A DNA stretch of 64,000 nucleotides, taken from the NCBI GenBank assembly GCA_963716725.1, contig CAVQUB010000003.1, positions 237,978 to 301,977 on the forward strand, read 5' to 3'. Each line of letters begins with the position of its first letter. Position 1 is the stretch's first letter. A model generated the notes under the pieces. The model worked only from the letters and a program-made list of their open reading frames with translations, did no database searches and was not told the DNA's origin. The position numbers and the translations under genes are program-made. Below are positions 57,833 to 64,000 of the stretch, one piece after another. Origin of the DNA: an uncultured delta proteobacterium. Its GTDB lineage: Bacteria > Myxococcota_A > Polyangia > Polyangiales > Polyangiaceae.

Positions 57833-58577
57833 TCAGATCTCGCCGCGGAGCGCCGACAGGCGCAGCTTCCACACCATCATGATGGCCTCGGCGAAGATCC
57901 GGCGGTTCATCTTGCTCTGGCCGGCCCGGCGATCGACAAACACGATGGGGACCTCTTTGACCCGGAGCCCGCGCAATAGCGCGCGATAGGTGGTCTCGAT
58001 CTGGAACGAATAGCCATTGGAGCGGATGCTCGACAGATCGATGGTCTCGAGGGCCTTGGCGCTGAAGGCCTTGTAGCCCGTGGTCAAGTCCTTCACCGCC
58101 ACCCCGAGGATCATGCGTGAGTAGAGCGACCCGCCCTTGGACAAGACGTGTCGCCCGAGACCCCAACCTTCGACGCCACCGCCTTCGACGTTGCGCGATC
58201 CGATCACGACGTCGTGGCCCTCGTGGAGCGCTTGGAAGAACGCCGGCAGGTAGTTCGGATCGTGAGACGAGATCGGTGTCCATCTCGAAGAAGTACTGGT
58301 AGCCCTCCCCCAGCCCGCGCTCGAAGGCCTGCACGTAGGCGGTGCCGAGGCCCATCTTGCCGGGGCGATGCAGCACGCGGATGCGGTCGTCGCTCTTGGC
58401 CAGCTCGTCGGCGACGTCTCCGGTGCCGTCGGGCGAGCTGTCGTCGACGATGAGCAGGTGGGCCTTGGGCGCCACCTCCAGCGTGGCACGCACGAAGAGC
58501 GGGAGGTTGTAGCGCTCGTTGTAGGTCGGCGTGACGATCAGCGCGCCGGCGCCGAGCTGGTCGTTCGTGGCGCTCAT
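57833..58577 (-). CDS. Polyprenol-phosphate glycosyltransferase (GT2, Dpm1/Ppm1-like), frameshift at ~58270
   Basis: PTYNERYNL, VDDSSPDGTG, KMGLGTAY, EMDTD then in second frame SHDP, IGSR, DLTTGYK, SNGYSFQIE, EVPIVFVDRRAGQSKM. Confidence 0.9.
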
Positions 58578-58587
58578 GGGGCGGTGG

Positions 58588-59244
58588 TCACTTCTTCTTG
58601 CGATTGGCCCAGGCGTCGTTGAACTCGGCGATGGTGGTCTCGGTCCGCGGGTTCCACAGCATCTTGCGCAAGATGGGCGGCGGCACGGTCACGATGTGAG
58701 CGCCGTCCATCAGGGCTTCGTTCACGTCCATCATGTGGCGCACGCTGCCGACGATGATCATGCTGGCAAGCCGCTCACGATCGAGGATGGCCCGAGTCTC
58801 GCGCACGATCGACCGCACGTCGTAGCCCATGTCTTTCACGCGCCCGCTGAAGATGCTCACGTAGGTCGCCCCGGCCAGCGCGGCCAGGTACGCCTGATTG
58901 AAGCTCATCATGCAGGTGACGTTGGTCGGGACCTTGCGATCCGCCAGCTGCTTGAGCACCTTGAGGCCGACCTCGCTGAAGGGCACCTTCACGCAGATGC
59001 GTTCGCGGTTCCAATCGAAGTAGCCCAGCCCTTCGGCCAGCATCTCGGCCTCGGTCTCGGTGGTGAGCTCCACCGAGACGTGGCCCGTCGAGACGGCCAC
59101 GACCTCCAGGATGCGTTCTTTCAGATCCGCATCGGGCGCCTCGCGGCTGATGATCAGGGGGTTGGTCGTGACTCCGGAAACGACACCCCACGAGAAGATC
59201 TCGCGGGTCTCTTTCGGGTCCGAGCTGTCGAGGAAAAGCGCCAT
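58588..59244 (-). CDS. tal: Transaldolase (short MipB/TalC subfamily)
   Basis: FLDS, GVTTNP, Schiff-base VKVP, NVT; VSVE and YVSIFSGR carry the Glu/Phe pair typical of transaldolase rather than the Gln/Tyr of FSA. Confidence 0.88.
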   Translation of the reverse strand: MALFLDSSDPKETREIFSWGVVSGVTTNPLIISREAPDADLKERILEVVAVSTGHVSVELTTETEAEMLAEGLGYFDWNRERICVKVPFSEVGLKVLKQLADRKVPTNVTCMMSFNQAYLAALAGATYVSIFSGRVKDMGYDVRSIVRETRAILDRERLASMIIVGSVRHMMDVNEALMDGAHIVTVPPPILRKMLWNPRTETTIAEFNDAWANRKKK

Positions 59245-59323
59245 GGGTCTCCGAGCCGCCGCAGCGCGCGGCGGGGCACATATACGGGATCTTCAAGCGT
59301 CGAGCGAGCGGCAATCGCGCGCT

Positions 59324-59930
59324 TCAGGTCGCGATGATGGCCCGAGCGATCTCGTCGAATCGCGCGGCCACCAGGTCGGGGCCCACGGGCGGCCCGCCCT
59401 TGAGCGGGCAGAGTTCGCAGCGGTTCAGGGGGAACACCAGGCCCGCACGCACACCGGCTCGCCGCGCCGCCTCCACGTCGCCCGGCGAGTCCCCGACCAT
59501 CCAGGTCCGCGCCGATCCAAGCTGGCGTGCTCCATGGCGCGCACGAGCAGTCCCGCCTGGGGCTTACGGGCAGCCTGCAGCGCACTACCAGGGCCGGATC
59601 GCCGCCGGGGCCGCCCTCGGGGTGGTGCATGCACACCTCGAAGGCAGCGATGGCGATGCCCTCACGGGCGAGCAGGTCGACCAGGGCGCGGTTCGTGCGC
59701 TCGACGGCCTCGCGCGAGAATTGTCCCTTGGCGGGCGCGGGCTGGTTGGTCGCGACGCAGATCGCGAAGCCGGCGTCCCGGAGCGCGCGCAGCCCGTCGG
59801 CCACGCCGGGCAAGAGCACCAGGTGAGTCGGATGAAAGGCGACGCTGATGGCGCCGGAGTCCTCGTCGCGCACCACGTCGATGAGCGTCGCGTCGCGGTC
59901 GACGATCACGCCTTTGTTCAGTTGCGCCAT
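59324..59930 (-). CDS. gmhB: D-glycero-D-manno-heptose 1,7-bisphosphate phosphatase-like HAD-IIIA hydrolase, frameshifts at ~59520 and ~59575
   Basis: DRDATL, VATNQ, CMHHPE, then RKPQAG and WMVGDSPGDVEAARRAG in shifted frames. Confidence 0.82.
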
Positions 59931-60001
59931 GGGCTGCAAAGGTCGCGAATCGTAGCACGCCTTGCCCTGCTCCGGGACCGCCGTGGTAGAGGCGTTGAGC
60001 C

Positions 60002-60788
60002 ATGGGTTCGGACCGTCCCATCCCCTTGGATCTCGAGGCCACTGCCTACTCGTACGTGGAGCGCCCCAACAGCGTGCTGGTCGAGCTGGTCGAGCGACAG
60101 GTGATCGTGCACCGATCGCGCCCGCGCATCTTGGACATTGGCTGCGGCGCCGGGGCCAATGCCCGCGAGATCAAGGCGCGCCATGCTGGGGTCTTCATCC
60201 AGGGCATCGAACCCAACGCTCACGCCGCCGAGCTCGCCCGCGCCGCCGCGGACGAGGTCTTCGTCGGCCTCGCGGACGCCTGGCTGGCCCAGAGCCCCCA
60301 CGAGCCCTTCGACGCCGTGGTGCTGTCCGACGTCGTGGAGCACATCCCGGATCCGGTGGCGTTTCTCCGGAGCCTGTCCGGCGCGCCTTGCCTGGCCCAC
60401 GCGCGCTTCGTGATCTCGGTGCCAAACTACGCGGTTTGGTACAATCGCCTCGGCACCCTGGCAGGTCGCTTCGAGTACGCCTGGTCCGGGCTCTACGATC
60501 GCACGCACCTGCGCTTCTTCACCCGAAGGTCCCTGGAAGACCTGCTCGAGTATTGCGATCTGCGTGTCGTCGACCGGCGCTGCACTCCGTCGATCGGTGC
60601 AGTCGGCCGCGCCGGTCTTGCGCCGGCTGTTCGAGAAGGACGTCGCCGCGGGTGACCACCTGTCGCTCAGCGAGTCGGCGGCGTTCCGAATCTACCGTCG
60701 CTTCGTCGAGCCCGCGGAGTCCGCCGTCTGTAGCGCCTGGCCCGAGCTCCTGGGATTTCAGATCGTCTTCGTCGCTGAGCGCGCCTGA
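60002..60788 (+). CDS. Class I SAM-dependent methyltransferase, frameshift at ~60595
   Basis: ILDIGCGAG, FDAVVLSDVVEHIPDP, ISVPN, GLYDRTHLRFFT; C-terminus continues in ORF 60564..60788. Confidence 0.85.
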
Positions 60789-60792
60789 AGCT

Positions 60793-62030
60793 TCAGGGGC
60801 ACGGGTTGATCTTGCAGACGCAGTAGCCTGCCGAGTTGCAGATCTCACCCGGCAAACACTTGCCGCAAGAGACGGTGCCGCCGCAGCCGTCGGGCTCGGT
60901 GTTGCACTCCTTGAGATCGCAGAACTGCTTGGGCACGCAGGTACAGCTGTTGCTGACGCAGGTATTGGGCGACTGACAGCTGCCACAGCTGAGCTTGCCG
61001 CCGCAGCTGTCGTCGATGTCTCCGCAAGCTCCGGTCGGGCAACTGGCCTTTGCGCAACCGCACACGTTGGGCGTGCCGCCGCCCCCGCAGCTGTTCGGAG
61101 CGCCGCAGGTCCCACAGCTCAGAGTTCCACCGCAGCCGTTCGCCACGCTGCCGCAGTTTTTGCCGAGGCTGTTGCAGGTCTCCGGCGTGCACCCGCAGAC
61201 GTTATCCGTCCCGCCACCGCCGCAACTCTCCGGGCTGCCGCAACTCCCGCAGCTGAGGGTCTTTCCGCAGCCGTCCGCGATGGATCCGCAGTTCTTGCCT
61301 TCGCCGGCGCAGGTCTTGGGATCACAGGGGGCCGTGCCGCACTTGTTTGGCCCGCCACCACCGCAGATCTGCCCGCCCGAGCAGTCTCCGCACTCGAGGT
61401 TGCCGTTGCAGCCGTTCGGAATCGACCCGCAGTTGGCGCCCGCGGCCGCGCAGGTCGTGGTGAGCAACCACACTTGCCCGCCGAGCTGCAGGTCTCGGGG
61501 GCGGTGCAGGTCCCGCACTCGAGCTTGTTGCCGCAGCCGTCGTCTCGCGAACCGCACTGGGCGCCTTGATCGGCGCAGGTCTTGGGCTTGCAGCCGCAGA
61601 CGTTGGCCGCGCCGGCGCCACCGCAGGTCTCCGGCGCCGTGCAGCTGCCGCAGTCGAGGAGCTTCTCGCAGCCGTCGGAGATCGTCCCGCACTTGGCCGC
61701 GAGGGATTGACAGGTCTTGGCGATGCAGGGCGTGTCGCCGCATTTGTTCGGACCTGCGCCGCCGCAGAACAGCCCTTCCGCGCAGGTGCCGCAATCGATC
61801 GCGCCGTTGCAGCCGTCGTCGACCTGGCCGCAGTCGGCGCCAACGGACGAGCACGTCTTCTTCGTGCAACCGCCATCGCCCGCTTGACCTGCCCCGCCGT
61901 CTTTCCCGGCGTGTCCGGCGCCGCCGTCGGCCGCTGGATCGCTCTTCAGCTCGTCGAGGTTGCCCAGCGAGCACGCAACCGGAAGCACCAAGGCCGCCTG
62001 CGCCAGCGCTTGGGAGAGCCGTCGCCACAT
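60793..62030 (-). CDS. Cys-rich repeat lipoprotein (CGxxxDGCGxxLxCGxC repeats), frameshift at ~61468
   Basis: VLPVAC lipobox; about eight tandem repeats across ORFs 61119..62066 and 60793..62028. Confidence 0.82.
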
Positions 62031-62130
62031 CAGCTCATTGTATCCCGCGAACCGGGGACCGACCACCGCGATCGGCCGACGCGCCGGCTTTGGCGGTTGC
62101 AGGGCTCAATGCCTGCTTCTAGGCTCGGAC

Positions 62131-62923
62131 ATGCCGCTGCCTCGCCTTCAGCTCTTCGAGTTCAACGATCTGGACTGGGTGGGCGCCGATCTGCGCGACA
62201 CCGTCGTCGAGTCGCTGAGCCGCGGCCTCGACTGGGGTCACACACTGACTGGCCTGGTGGATCCCTTCGCCGAGTTCTTGGCAGAGGCGGGCACGGATCG
62301 CGTGCTCGATCTGTGCGCGGGCGCCGGAGGTCCCGCGCGAGATCTTGGTCAACGAGTTCCGGCGCGCCGGCCGCGAGCCGCCGGAGGATCTTGCTGCACG
62401 GACTTACCCGCGTGAGCGCGCGTGGCGGCGCGTGTCCCGCGCGGAACCCAAGATCCAGTCGCACCCCATCGGCCATCGACGCAACCGCCAATTCCGAGCG
62501 ATTTCGGCGCAGGGCGAGCGCGGGCCATCATCAACGCCTTTCACCACTTTCCGCCCGAGCTTCGCCCGCGAGCATCTTGGAGGACGCGGTGCGCGCCGCG
62601 TCCGATTGGGTGTCGGAGGCGTTGGCGCGCAAACCCGCTCCTTTCCTGCCTTTGCGCCCTTCGGTCTGGCGGCGCTCTGGCCAACCCGTGCTGACTCCGG
62701 AAAAACGCTGGGCAAGACCGTGCTTTGCGTGGGGCGTCGCGGCCGCTCACCCTGGGCATTCAGCGCGTGGGACGGCGTTCGTGCAGCACGCTGCCGGTCG
62801 TACGAACACGGCGAGCCTGCTCGAGATGGTGGCACCGCACTCGCGCGAGCTACCGCTGGCGCTTCGGCACCTATCGCTACGCGCTCGGCGGCGAGGGACT
62901 TCTTCTGCGGGCGCGCCGAGTGA
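62131..62923 (+). pseudogene. Class I SAM methyltransferase-like gene with multiple frameshifts (probably sequencing error; end approximate)
   Basis: MPLPRLQLFEFNDLDW, VLDLCAGAGGP, TDL, NAFHHF, WDG fragments spread over three frames. Confidence 0.65.
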
Positions 62924-64000
62924 GGCGCGACCTTTGGGAGACCCGCGCTTGACGGCCTTGGCGTGCTCCTCGCGACGAGTACTGCCGCCAACCGTCGCCT
63001 GCAGTTCCCCGTAGAGCGTGACGTAAGCGCCCGCGCACTCCCGCGGTGTCGGGAAGCTCTTCTTCTCGGACTCGAGGCTTGGGTCGTCGTCAGGTCTCGT
63101 GATCAGATCGACCGCCTGGGGCCACTTGCGCAGGCAGAGCGAGCGTGTCCCTCCGCGTCGACGAAGTACCGCCAGGTGTTCGAGGAATCCGCGAGCAGTC
63201 CGGCCACTCTTCCGAGCGGCCCCGCCGCGCGCGCGCTTGACCGGGGTCTTGGGCTTCTCGACGATGGCCTTGCCGGCAGACGATGCGGCCGGGCTGGCTT
63301 GCCGCGCTCATCGCGGCAAGCGTGATGTTCACGCGGGAGCGAGCCAGAATCACGATCCGCGTGTCGGTTCGCATCCGGCTCGATATCGAGCAACACGACG
63401 CCCTTCGACTCGACGCGCGACGCGACGCCCTCGAGGAAGCGGCTGGCTGGCGGTGAGCGTCTCGTCGACCGACTCGGCCCACGACGAGATCGAGCTTCAC
63501 CGGCGATTCGAGTGCGAGCAGCGCCTCCGCCACCGCCTGGGCGGCCGGTTGCCCTCGAGTCGCGCGACGCGCCCGTCGGCGACGAGCGCGTCGATCAGTG
63601 GGGGGTGGGGCTTCAATGCCGCGATGTCGGCGGCAAAGCGCTGCCCGCCCCGGGGGCCAGGGCTTCGGTGCCTTGAACCAGGCGCGCTCTTGGTCGAAGG
63701 GACCGTGCTTGCTTCGCCGGCGCGTCGCCTTGGTCCTGCCTCATCGTGGATCATCGCGACATCGCCCGGCGTTGTCGCGGCGCAAGCATTGGATCACGTG
63801 CACTGCCCCGCGACGCAATCTCCGGCGCCGCCCGCACTTTCTTCCGCAGGCGCCATAGTCGGCGGGATCAGAAGTGGGCAGGTCTTTGCAGCCCGCCGCG
63901 CCAGAGCAACAGACCCGGCCGGACGCAGGCGGCTCCGCCATTGCAGGCGCAGACCTGGTTAAGTGACCCTCTCGGATGCTTCGCCCGGCATGCATTCGGT

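Noticed and set aside
62950..64000. Minus-strand coding remnants including a Cys-rich repeat end
   Set aside because: Too frameshifted to define coordinates or product

Overview
High-GC bacterial window with a myxobacterial (Polyangiaceae/Sorangiineae-like) signature: many Gly/Ser/Thr-linker and Cys-repeat lipoproteins, two MYXO-CTERM proteins and stand-alone LuxR-HTH genes. The taxonomic call is inferred from gene content only. Recognisable genes include an M20 peptidase (partial), a B12-binding radical SAM enzyme, GH31, a serine hydrolase, a histidine kinase, an MCP, czcCBA-type RND efflux, a COG2907 FAD oxidoreductase, a transglutaminase-VWA pair, a SWIM-SNF2 helicase, tRNA-Lys(CTT), tRNA-Arg(TCG), four GT-C-like membrane proteins and a gmhB-tal-polyprenol-P glycosyltransferase-GT-C run. 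Best leads: (1) a cobalamin radical SAM enzyme fused in frame to a lipoprotein-signal-like segment plus repeated DP(L/P)PPP motifs, a possible self-contained enzyme-substrate system; (2) an unannotated ~200-nt structured sRNA candidate with a sigma54-like promoter and a strong terminator; (3) a possible lipid-carrier heptose transfer operon; (4) a 155-bp perfect direct repeat bracketing an IS66 remnant and leaving an orphan variant Cys-rich tip; (5) a tRNA-adjacent four-gene SNF2 islet; (6) a recurrent leaderless-mRNA signature. Several genes carry single-base frameshifts that become frequent after ~57 kb, most likely long-read assembly error, so calls there are less certain. No database searches were run; family calls come from motif recognition.
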